Assembly (NCBI RefSeq): GCF_000142905.1
Contig: NW_013657642.1
Span: 131,851 to 195,850, forward strand
Length of the DNA stretch: 64,000 bases
Direction of reading: 5' to 3'
From: Thecamonas trahens ATCC 50062
Taxonomy: Eukaryota > Protista > Apusomonadida
Positions 11,079 through 21,404 of this stretch are shown here, in pieces. The notes beneath the pieces are model-generated. The model had not been told where the DNA came from. It saw nothing but the letters and a program-made list of their open reading frames with translations, and did no database searches. How positions within the stretch are numbered: the first letter of the stretch is position 1; the number at the start of each line of letters is the position of its first letter. A program made the translations under genes and the position numbers.

Positions 11079-11925
11079 ATGGCGTCCGTCGACGAGCGCA
11101 AGCTGCTCATCATCGGTAAGCGTGTGGATAGGGAAGGAGGGACGGGGAGGTGGAGAGTGGCGGGGAGTGGCGGGGAGTGGCGGGCGCAGCAAAAGGCCAT
11201 GCGCCCGAAAGTGTTCCAATTTTCCCCCCTGTCCCCCCCCCCTTTCCCCTGTCCCGTCCCATCCCAAAGACGGTGTGGGCAAGCAGCCAAGAAGGGGAAG
11301 GGGGCGTATGGGCATGAAGAGGACGAGTTACTTACTGGGTCCGCTATGGTGGGGCTTGGATGGGAGTAGGTGACTCTGCGGTGGGCAAGACGTGCATTCT
11401 CAAGCGGTATGTCAAGGACGAGTTCACCCGTGAGCAGCCTACCATTGCTGGGCAGTATCTGCGGCGGACGGTGCGACTGGCGTCTGGGGGGAGATCACGC
11501 TCAACGTGTGGGACACGGCCGGGCAGGAGCGGTTCTACTCGGTGACCAAGCAGTTCTTCCGCCACGCAGACGCCGCCATCGTGGTATACGACGTGACAAA
11601 CCGCCACTCGTACGAGGGCATCATCCAGAAGTGGGTCGACAAGCTCCACGCCGAGTGCGACAACGACGACATCGTCGTTGCCCTCGCCGGCAACAAGTGC
11701 GATCTCGAGGACCAGCGCAAGGTCTCCACCGCAGAGGCCATGTCGCTTGCGGCAAACGCCGGCATGCTGTTCGGCGAGACCTCGGCTGCTGCCTCGATCG
11801 GCATCACCGAGCTCTTCCAGGAGATTGCCGAGCAGCTCGCCTCACGCGAGAGCTCGCACGACGCCGGCCCCGCCCTTGTCCAACTCAACCTCGATCCCAA
11901 GAAGGACTCGGGCTGTCCGTGCTGA
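11079..11925 (+). CDS. Rab family GTPase; exon1 11079-11115, intron 11116-11369, exon2 11370-11925 with apparent frameshift in the G-run at 11486-11491
   Basis: KLLIIG|DSAVGKT (GTAAGC..TAG intron), ITLNVWDTAGQERFYS, AAIVVYDVT, GNKCDL, ETSA and a C-terminal CPC prenylation motif. Confidence 0.93.
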
Positions 11926-12196
11926 TTCCTGCTCGACGGTCATGCCTCGACCTCTTCCGAGCTGATGCAACTCGACCACGGCCTCGTCGCTCTCGGCGTT
12001 TCCCTGTTTCTCTTCCTCTCCAACCCCGGCCACTGCTTCGGCCGCGCGTTGGCAGAACAAACACATCCTCAGCCCTCACCCTGTCCGCCAGCCGCCGTCG
12101 CCACGTGTGCCACTTTTGCACCTGTGCGACCCAGGACGATCTTCCCAGACCCGACGCCAGCTCCACCCACGCCCACCCCTCCCTTGCCCCTGCTCC

Positions 12197-14142
12197 ATGT
12201 CAGACTCGTTCTTCTCCGAGTCGGACGACGCCGCCCATGGCCGGCCGGCCTCGGGCGGGTCGTCGGACGACTTTCTATCCTTCTCGGACAGCGACGCTGA
12301 AGGTGCGGCTGCCGTGAGCGGCAGCCACGACCCGGCTGCTGCCGCGCTCGCCGCCCGCCTCAAGGCCATGCATGCTGCTGCAGAGGCGACACTCGCAGAG
12401 TCGTTGCAAGCCCAGCTGGAGACCGCGCTTGCCGACGCCGCCGCCGCACGGGCTGATGCCGTCGCCGCCGCCGCCGCCGCTGCGGCGGCACGAGCCGATG
12501 CTGACGCGCTGCGCGCCCGGCTCGACGAGGTGGAGGCTTCGCAGGACTCGGGCGAGGCACTTGCTGCCACACAGGCCCGGATCGAAGCGCTGACTGCAAA
12601 TGTGGCCAAGCTCAAGGCCGACGCGGCGGATGCGGCCCGCAACGAGCGCATGGTCAAGTCCAACACCCACGCCACGATCTCGGCGCTGGAGAAGAAGCAC
12701 GCGCTTGCTGCGTCCAAGTGGGAGGCTGAGCGCGCAAAGCTCGAGTCGGAGCTGCTCGAGGCCAACACGTCTTGCAATGCGCTGTCCGATGACCTCGCCC
12801 GTGCCACCTCGCATGCTGAGATCGTCGAGGCCGACCTCAACGCCGCCAAGGCCGAGATTGCCGACCTTGTGGCCCAGCTTGATGCTGCCGACAACGCCGC
12901 CGCTCCCGATTCCGGGCCTGATGATGCCGAGGCTGCTGCTGACACGCCGACGGCCGACGTGCCGCTCGCCAAGGTCGCCAACCTGCTCTCGGACCTCAAC
13001 GTGCTCTCGTCCGAGTCGGATTCCGACGGCGACGTGGAACCGCATGTGTCGCAGCCTGACACGCCGTCGCGGCCGCGGCGGGCCAACGAGCCGCTCCCCG
13101 AGGAGCCGGCTGTCCTGGACCCTGAGACCAAGCACCAGCTCGCCGACAAGCTCGCCGACGTCGAGGCATCGATCGCCAAGCAACTCAAGGTCATCGATGG
13201 GGTCTCGATGGTCCGCAGCTCGTTCCCCAAGGGCACAGAGTCGCGGAGCCGCGCCGACGAGCAGTACACGTCGCTGGTATGGGATCTTGAGGCTCTCGAG
13301 ACACAGCGAAACATCCTTGAGACACAGCTCAAGCTTCCGGTCACGCCCAAGATCATTCTCGGCAAGCGCAAGAAGAAGCGGCGGGCGCGCTCGGACACCA
13401 TTCTGCGCAAGATCTCGCGTCGGCCGGCAACCGCCGAGGGCCCCAAGTTTGCTCTGCTTGACGAGCTGGACTCGGACGCGCTCACCGAGCGGCTGCGCAA
13501 GGTCACCAAGTCGCTCAAGTCCAAGCGCGAGGAAAAGGCCGCGCTCCACACGTTCCTCAAGCCGGACTCGCCGTTCAAGTACGAGTCCGGCTCGGCGCCG
13601 CATACCAACCTCGTCCAGCAGATCGCTGAGGCTGACGACGAGATTGCGGCGCTCAGTGAGCTCCACGCCGAGATTGTCTCACGCCTCGGCCTCACCGAGG
13701 CCGACGTGGACGAACTCGAGCTCAAGCACGAGCTTGACGACATCCGGTCTGCCATCGACAAGCAGCTTGCGACTCGCGAGTCGCTCGCCGCACAAGCCTC
13801 CGCTTCAGCAGCGTCCGACTCGCGGGCTGCCGTCTCGCTCCAACTCCAAAGCTCGGCGTGCGAGGACGAGCTGAGCAAGCTCTTGCACGCGAGGACGAGC
13901 TCTGCTCGTCCCTCGGCCTGGCCAACGAGCGTGCGCCGCGCTATGATCCGAGCGCATACACCGACGTCCTCGTTGCTGTCTACGAGTACAAGGCGCGCAA
14001 CTCGTCTGAGCTCTCGTTTTCAGACGGCGACCGCCTTGGACTACTTGAGGACTACAACGACGGCTGGTCGATGTGTGTTAAGCTCGAGACGAACGAGACC
14101 GGGCTGGTCCCGTCTGCCTATGCCGAGCCCGAGAACGAGTGA
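12197..14142 (+). CDS. Coiled-coil protein with HR1-like repeats and C-terminal SH3 domain; apparent frameshift ~13870-13890
   Basis: Long Ala/Glu/Leu heptad region. The SH3 VAVYEYKARNSSELSFSDGDRLGLLEDYNDGWSMCVKLETNETGLVPSAY lies in the overlapping frame 13858-14142. Confidence 0.8.
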
Positions 14143-14190
14143 GCCAACTTTGTGACGAATTGAACTAAAAACTTGTTTTCACTGCGATGT

Positions 14191-15246
14191 CTACCAGTGC
14201 GGCTTGGGCTTGGGCTTGGGCTTGGGCATGGGCTTGGGCGCGGTCCGCGGCGCTGCGCCGCCAAACGAGGGCTTGGGCCTGGGCGGGGGCGGTGTGCGGG
14301 CAAGCGCGGGATGCGCCGCAGGCTTCTCGTACGGCTCGACGTAGTTGTACGGGAAGACGCCACGGGCGCCGGACGACTTGGAGCCAAGCGCCCAGCCGTC
14401 GTCGTGGATGACGTGGACCGAGATGACGTCGCCTTTGGAGAACGACATCTCGTCGACGTTGGAACCGGAAAAGGCGTACTTGGCCTGGACCGTCTCAACA
14501 ACCTGACCGGCGTCGGGCGCAGACGGCATGACGGATCCGAACGACGGCGGGCCGAACGATGACGGCACGCCGGCGTACTCGCTCTGCAGCGAGACGAACG
14601 ACTTGGGCTCGGCCGAAGTGTAGTTGCTGGCAAAGGCGGCCATGTCAAAGTCAGACGACGACGAGCGCTTCTTGGCCACGAGAACGGCAATGATAATGAC
14701 GACGACAATCAATACTCCGCCACCGGCTGCGCCGTAGATCCACACCGGGGTGCCGGATGAGGCCTGTGGCGCGCCACTGCCCGCGCCGGTCACCTGGGTG
14801 TTGTCGGCGTCACCTTCGGCCATCGCCACGCTCACCGATGTCTCCTTGTCGGCGCGAATGGTGACGTAGTACCGAGTTCGCGACGTGGCGTCGGTGATGA
14901 CGACAGACGCGCGCGCACCGGGCGTGCTAGATGCCGCCAGCCGCTCCGACGACGATGGCGAGTAGCCGACAACCAGCGTGAGCGTTGCGGATGCTGACGC
15001 GGGTGTCGCCGAAATGGACAAAGTCTGCCCCTGCGCCGCCGCCTGCAGAAGCGCCCGCGCCCTGCCGGCATCGTCACGCGACGACGCTGGCACGCGGATT
15101 TCCACAAACACGGGCGAGTCGAGCGACGCCAAGGCATCGACGTTCACGCCACCAGCCTCCCACGTCAGGATCTCCACCGACTTGGCCACACACTGTGTCC
15201 TGTCCGGTATAGGCACCTTGCCAAAGCCGCATGAGGACACGGGCGC

Positions 15247-15293
<47 letters not shown>

Positions 15294-18200
15294 CGGGGGT
15301 TGGGGCGGGGGTGGGCGGTGATGGAGGCGATCCAGGAGCTGGAGTTGGAGCCGGGGTGGGAGCCGGGGTGGGAGCCGGGGTGGGAGCTGGAGTCGGAGCT
15401 GGAGTTGGAGCTGGAGTTGGAGCCGGAGTCGGAGCCGGAGTCGGAGCCGGAGTCGGAGCCGGAGTCGGAGCCGGAGTCGGAGCCGGAGTCGGAGCCGGAG
15501 TCGGAGCCGGAGTCGGAGCCGGAGTCGGAGCCGGAGTCGGAGCCGGAGTCGGAGCCGGAGTGGGCCCGGTGCACTCGTTCGACAGGACGTAGATCGACTT
15601 GGAAGAGCCCGAGAGCGGATCCGAGGTAGAGGAGATAAATCGAATGTCGTCAAAGTAGAACGAGTGCGAGGCCGCGCCGCCGAGCTCGTTGACGCAGATC
15701 TTGACGCCGGCAATCTGCTGGCCGCCAGCGGTGCCGAGCTCGGCGAGCGGGATGCGAACTCGCGAGTAGCCGGCAGCGTCGACGACATACTTGTCGACGT
15801 GGTCGGCGCGGACGTCAACAGTGTTGATGTCCGAGCCGGAAGCGTCGACAATACGGACCTTAAGGGTCGAGGGCGTCGGATTCGAGTCTGCGCGCTTGGC
15901 GTAGAACTGGAAGTTGGTCACACTGCCTGGCAGGGAAAGGACCGAAGGGTAGCGGGCCTGAAGGCACGACCACTCCGAGTAGCGCTGGTAGAGGACCGAC
16001 GAGCCGCAAAAGACATCGCCGCCGCCGGTCGAGGCAAAGTCCTTCTCGGCGTTGTAGTCGCCCCACGACCAATCGGAGAAGCCCGACTCGAGCGCACCGT
16101 TGGCATAGACCAGGAGTGAGGTGCCTCCGGGCGCGCATGGGTCGGCCGGTGATGGAATGGCCTCGGGCGGAGAGCAGCTGGCGTCCTTGCAGCCGACACG
16201 GCCCGAGATCTCGCCGCCGGGCGAGGCAGAGGTGTGGATGTTGACGTACCACTCACCAGCCCAGAGCTGCTCGTGCTCGGCCCAGGAGAGGGTGCGGCCA
16301 CCGCGGACGGGTGCGAAGACGGTGTTGAAGCCAAAGGCGATGCCGCCGGTGGTGCGATGCATGTGCATGGCGGTCGGAGCGTCGTTGAGCGTGGACACAA
16401 TGTTCCACGCCAGCCAGCGGGTGTTCGGGTTGTACTGCAGCATGGCCTTGCCGGTGGCGGACGAGCCCGTCCCGGCCTGGCAGCCCTGCAGGACGGCCTC
16501 GTAGGCATCGGTCGGATCGGCAAGCGCCGACGGAATCGAAACCGTGCCGGCGTTGCAGTTGGCGCCGCACCCGGCGACGACGTTGAGTCGACCGGTAAAG
16601 TCCTCGGGCGTGGTAAAGCCAAAGGTGTCGATGTCGTCGAGATCGGTCTGGACGACATAGAGGTAGAGCCACTTGCCGGCGGCATCGTAGTACCAGGGGT
16701 TGTCGTACGAGAGAGTGTCCCGCGACGAGGCGGCCGGTTTGGGAGCGTTGTCCCACGAGTTGGTGACGGTAAAGGTGGTCGACGGGTACGGCAGCGCGAT
16801 GACCATCCACTCGTTGAGGTACGAGTGGTGGAGGATGGCCTCCCACTCGGGCGGAGTGGGGTGCGGAAAAGTGAGCGCGTAGGCGGCGTACGGGGCGGCG
16901 TTGAACTTGCACTGGTCCCGAACCGGATCGTTCGAGTCCTCGCAGGTGGTAGTCGAAGAGGCACCCGAGCCGAGGGCGTGCCAGGTGGCGCGGACAAAGT
17001 CGTCGTTGGTCACGGAGGTGCCAAAGTTGGAGCCGCCGGTGTTCCGGTTCCGCATGCGGAGGGTGGTGAAGCCGGCAAAGAACGGCGGGCAGACAAACTG
17101 CGACTGATCATCGCCCCACTCGGGATGCTCGACGCAGCCCGAGGGCGCGTTGGCGAGGAGAACCGGGTCGCCCGAGACGACCCAACCGCCAACGACGCCG
17201 GTCAACGAGCCGTCGACATCCTGGAACGCTGAGCGCTTGGGGTTCTCCTTGATGTCAGGCCCGCAAAAGCGAATAAAGACGGCGTTGGCGTTGTTGAGTG
17301 TCACGCCCTCGATCTTGTTGGCGGCGGCGTGGAGGTTGCGCGCGCAGTCGAGCTGACCGATGGCGCCGGCCTTGAGGTACAAAGTCGAGACGTAGTCGGT
17401 AAATGTAGCCGAGCGCAAGTACTGGGGACCATCGTTGTCGTAGGCCTCAAAGCCGACGGTGCGGCAGCCGTCGCACCATGGCTGCGGCAGAGTGCGGCCG
17501 GCGGCGTTCTCGCGCGAGTTGCGCGGAGTGCCGACGTTGGCTGTGGCGCCGATGGCAGTCAGGCCTTCGACGAGGTTGTAGCCGCCAACGAGGTTGACGC
17601 CCGCGCGGTTGTCGACGACGATCGAGTTGAGGACGTGGTGCTTGTTACCGCGGGTCCAAATACCGGTCCGGGTGTTCTTGAAGGCCACGGTGTTGGTGAT
17701 CTGCGAGATGACGACGTCCTTGACCGAGTACCAGCTGGAGTCGTACGGGCCGTTGCGCGGCTTGTACGAGAAGAGCTCCGAGGTGCCGTCGGGGCGCGGG
17801 CCCTCGTCGAGCATAAGGCCGGTCTCGCACGAGTGGACGACGTTGCCGTCGCAGAGACCCATGGGAGTCTGGCGCGGGTAGACCTGCGATGAGGCGTAGG
17901 CGGCCTCGGAGAGGCCGGTCGGGCGCTCGGGCAGCGAGTACCAGATGCCCATGGTGCAGGCTGCTGCGTGGTTGTTGGTCACCACGTTGTTCGGGTTCGG
18001 CAGCCAGAAGCCCGACGGCTCGGAATCGGTGGGGATGAGCGAGCCGGGGCGAGCGAGGACCGCAAGGTTGTGGTTGAACACGTTGTCGGTCTCGGGCCCA
18101 TCCTCGAGGAAGAAGCAGTGACCGATAGTGTCGTAGCCGACGTTGTTGTCGACGATGAGGCCTTGGGTGTCATGACCGACGACGCAGCGCTGGTAGCAAG

Positions 18201-19095
18201 AGTGAATGGCCGAGTCGCGGACGTACATGTCTTGGCCGACAACGTTGTGGGTTTGGTGGTAGTGGACCGGATAGCGGCCGAGGACGCCCTTTTGGCCCAT
18301 CCGGGTAAACTCGATAGCGGTGAAGCGGACAGTGGCCTCGCGGTGGATGATGTGCCCGCCAAACTCGGAGGCGACCGACGCGGCATCGCCCTGGACCTTG
18401 ACGTTGCGGGTGAGGAGGCCGACTTCGGCGACTTCGTGGCCGGCACCGTAGTGCATAAAGGCGAGCGACTCGGCAACGTTGATCGTCCGCCCGCCGTTGG
18501 TCACCGAGACCACGGTGAGGACCTCGTTCTGGTCGCGGTAAAAGTCGGTGGTGGCCACAAAGATCTTGTCGCCGGCCTGCCAGTTGACGGCGTCCACCAC
18601 CGGGAGCGCCGTCGCGCCGGGGTTGACCGTCGCCGAGAGCATGGTCCAAGTGTGCGACGGCGAGACGCCGTGCAGCTCGAACCGCCCACCCGAGTGGGTG
18701 GCAATGCCCTTGGCACCAAAGCCACCACCGATGAGATCGGCTGTCGTGTAGCTGCCGGTGAGCGTGATGGTGACATCAGCAGTGAGCCGGCAGTCGGGCG
18801 CGCCGCCGAGCAGCGTGCCTCCGGACTCGATCGAGATGTGCCCGACCGTCAGGGTGAGCACCGAGTTGTCGATGACAAGCGTCGCGCCTGATGGGACTGT
18901 GATCGAGTTGAGCGTGACCGAGGTGTCGAGCAGAAGCGTGCCCGACGGAATGGTCACGTCCTGTCCGCCTGGCGGCGGTGTCGACGACCAGCGGTTAGCC
19001 ACACCCGCATGCGGGCACGCGGCACGCGCCGTCCCGACCAGCGCCAGCAACGCGACAAGCGCAAGGGCTGGAGCAAGCACAGCATGAGCCCACAT
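14191..19095 (-). CDS. Type I membrane protein: signal peptide, G8 domain, TMEM2/CEMIP/fibrocystin-like beta-helix, CHRD domain, carbohydrate-binding-like domain, PT-rich stalk, TM, SH3, Pro/Lys tail
   Basis: G8 ([18 protein letters not shown]...GRFELHG), [55 protein letters not shown] ending [46 protein letters not shown] followed by KKR. SH3 [15 protein letters not shown]...DDGW...GVFPYNYV. Confidence 0.92.
15241..15565 (-). repeat. Coding tandem repeat: 12-bp GGAGCCGGAGTC units (PTPA)n plus 6-bp GGGGTC (PT)n, a mucin-like stalk
   Basis: Directly visible. Confidence 0.97.
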
Positions 19096-19512
19096 TCTCG
19101 TCGCTACAGGAGTCGGTGTAAGATGTGAGACAAGGATGAGTAGGAGTGGTGCTGGCAGTGCTGGCAGTGCTGGCGGCGGCGGTAGTGCTGGTGCTTGTGC
19201 TGGCTATCATAGAAGGTGGTAAGGGGCGTACCTTTTTTCGGGGAGGGGAAGCGAGAGAAGAATGTGGGAAACGAGCGGCAAAAAAAACCAATGCGGATGC
19301 GTGCGCGCCCATCGGGGCGCCAGAGCTTCCTCGAGTTGTGTCGAGCACAAGCCGCCTGCGTGGACACACCTGGATACAACTACCTCGGCGGGCGCCGCAG
19401 TACCATCATCGCATGTGCGTCCGTCGAGTCCAAGACGCTCGACCTCGAGTGCGCTTGTTTAAGGGGTTCTGGGTGCCGCATACTCGGACAGACCGCGGAA
19501 ACACGCTGGTGG

Positions 19513-20976
19513 CTAGAGCTTGGACTTGAGATACGAGCCCGAGGAGCCGATGGCGTAGGGCGCCTCTGCAGCAGTGGCAAGCTTGACGGCGCGGACGACG
19601 TCGGCGACGACGGCGGTGGGGAGGTGCTGCGAGATGGGGAGGTAGACCATGTCGGAGAGGATGGCGGTGGCGTTGACCGGCTGCAGGAGGCGGGCGCGGT
19701 CGGGGCTGGCCGAGGCGATGGCGGGCGGGACTGGGACCGGGTCCATTTGCGATGCGCCCTTGGTGGCGTCGATGCCAATGGCGCGGAGGGCGGCGATGAC
19801 CTTGGGTGGGTCGTGGGCCATGATGGGGAAGAGCCAGTACGAGTGGACGCGAGTGGCGGCGCCGGGAACGACGACAGTGTCGGGCAGAGCGGCGCGGACC
19901 CACTCGCAGACGGCCATGCGGGCTGCAAGCGCATCGTCGGCGAGCGAAGGGGCGCGGAGGCGATGGAGGAGCAGGGCGAGCAGCGGCGCCGAGGCCCGGT
20001 GGTGGATCTGGTCGAAAAAGGCATCGCCAGGAAAGCCGCGGATCATGCCAGTGATGAGCTCGTCGAGCGACGTGCCGAGCGAGTCCGCGACCGAGGCCAC
20101 CAGCGAGAGGACCGCCGGGTGCGAGACACCGTAGCGAAGAGCAAAGTACTTGGCGAGCTTGCTCACAAAGACGCTCCGCGAACGGATGGGGAGCGCGTTG
20201 CGCTCGGCACGCATTCGGGCTGGCACCTGGCCAAGCTCGGCCACCCGCTCCGCGTCCTGCGCAAACGAGACCATGGCACCGCCAAACGCGGTCGCCCGCT
20301 TGATCGAGCCAAAGGAGAAGAGCGAGACGTGGGCGTGTGGCGAACCAGCATAGCGCGCGATGCCGGTGAACGCCTGCGCTGCGTCCTCGACGAGCAGCAC
20401 GTCGTGCTTCCGCGCCACTTTGACATACGGCTCGAGCGAGTACCGCGAGCCAAAGACGTATGCCATGATGAATACCGTCGGCTTGGCGAGAGCAGCGGGC
20501 GGGCGGGAGGCGAGCGCAGCGTCGAGCAGATCGACCCGCGGCGCAAGAGTGTCGACATCGACGTCGATCGGGACCGGAACGAGGTCGTAGTGCTCGACAA
20601 CCCGCACAACGTCGTGGATGGTGGCTGCCGAGAGATAGACCTCGGAGCCGGGCGGGAGCGCGAGGGCGCGGAGCAGCAGCGAGAGGCTCGTCCGGACCGA
20701 GAGGGCGACCATGGTCGACGGCGGCTCCGCAGCAGCCGTCTCATCAGCAAGTACCTCCTTCCGCGGCCAGGCGGCTTCGACCTCGGCCGCCGTCGTCTCG
20801 TAGCTCAGACACGGGTTCGCCGCCGCCTTGGCGCCCACCACAAAGTCGCTCAGCGCGATGTGGAGGACCTTGCGGACGTACAGTGGCGCGTTGAGCGTCC
20901 ACGGCTCCGGCACGTCGCCGGGCGGCTCGGGCGCATCAGCCCCGTCCAGTGCGCGTCCCGGGAGGTTGTGAGACAT
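19513..20976 (-). CDS. PLP-dependent DegT/DnrJ/EryC1/StrS-like aminotransferase
   Basis: LPPGSEVYLSA, VPVPIDVD, LLVEDAAQAF and SLFSFGSIKRATAFGGA (PLP lysine); start MSHNLPG inferred. Confidence 0.88.
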   Translation of the reverse strand: MSHNLPGRALDGADAPEPPGDVPEPWTLNAPLYVRKVLHIALSDFVVGAKAAANPCLSYETTAAEVEAAWPRKEVLADETAAAEPPSTMVALSVRTSLSLLLRALALPPGSEVYLSAATIHDVVRVVEHYDLVPVPIDVDVDTLAPRVDLLDAALASRPPAALAKPTVFIMAYVFGSRYSLEPYVKVARKHDVLLVEDAAQAFTGIARYAGSPHAHVSLFSFGSIKRATAFGGAMVSFAQDAERVAELGQVPARMRAERNALPIRSRSVFVSKLAKYFALRYGVSHPAVLSLVASVADSLGTSLDELITGMIRGFPGDAFFDQIHHRASAPLLALLLHRLRAPSLADDALAARMAVCEWVRAALPDTVVVPGAATRVHSYWLFPIMAHDPPKVIAALRAIGIDATKGASQMDPVPVPPAIASASPDRARLLQPVNATAILSDMVYLPISQHLPTAVVADVVRAVKLATAAEAPYAIGSSGSYLKSKL

Positions 20977-21404
20977 GTGCGTGGGAGAGAGTAGCAGGGA
21001 GGGATGGAGGCTCGAGCTCGAGGTGAAGTGGGTGAGGTAGGATGAGTTTGTGGTACCTGGTCCGGCAGCTGGCAACGTCGCCACGTGGCTGGCGACATGC
21101 ACCGGAAGCTGTTCGCTTTTTGTACCCTTTTTGCATTCCACCCGCGTTCGTTTTGTTCAAACCCCCCCGCCCGCCCTGCCCGCCCCCTCAGCCGGCCGGC
21201 CGGCCAGGCCAGCCTTTCCGTTGGTTGCAACATGCTGGCAGCAATGGAAAAAAGTAGGTTGGTACAGAAAAAAAGGGAGCCAACGAAGAAAACCGAATGA
21301 CCATCATGCCTTCGCCACACACACCCCCCAACTTCACACCTGCACACAGACACACAAGCACGCTCACAAACACGCACACAGACACGCAACCACACCTCGC
21401 AAGT

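Noticed and set aside
15241-15565. Regular short repeats as a possible CRISPR array or satellite
   Set aside because: No spacers; this is an in-frame (PTPA)n stalk of the G8 protein.
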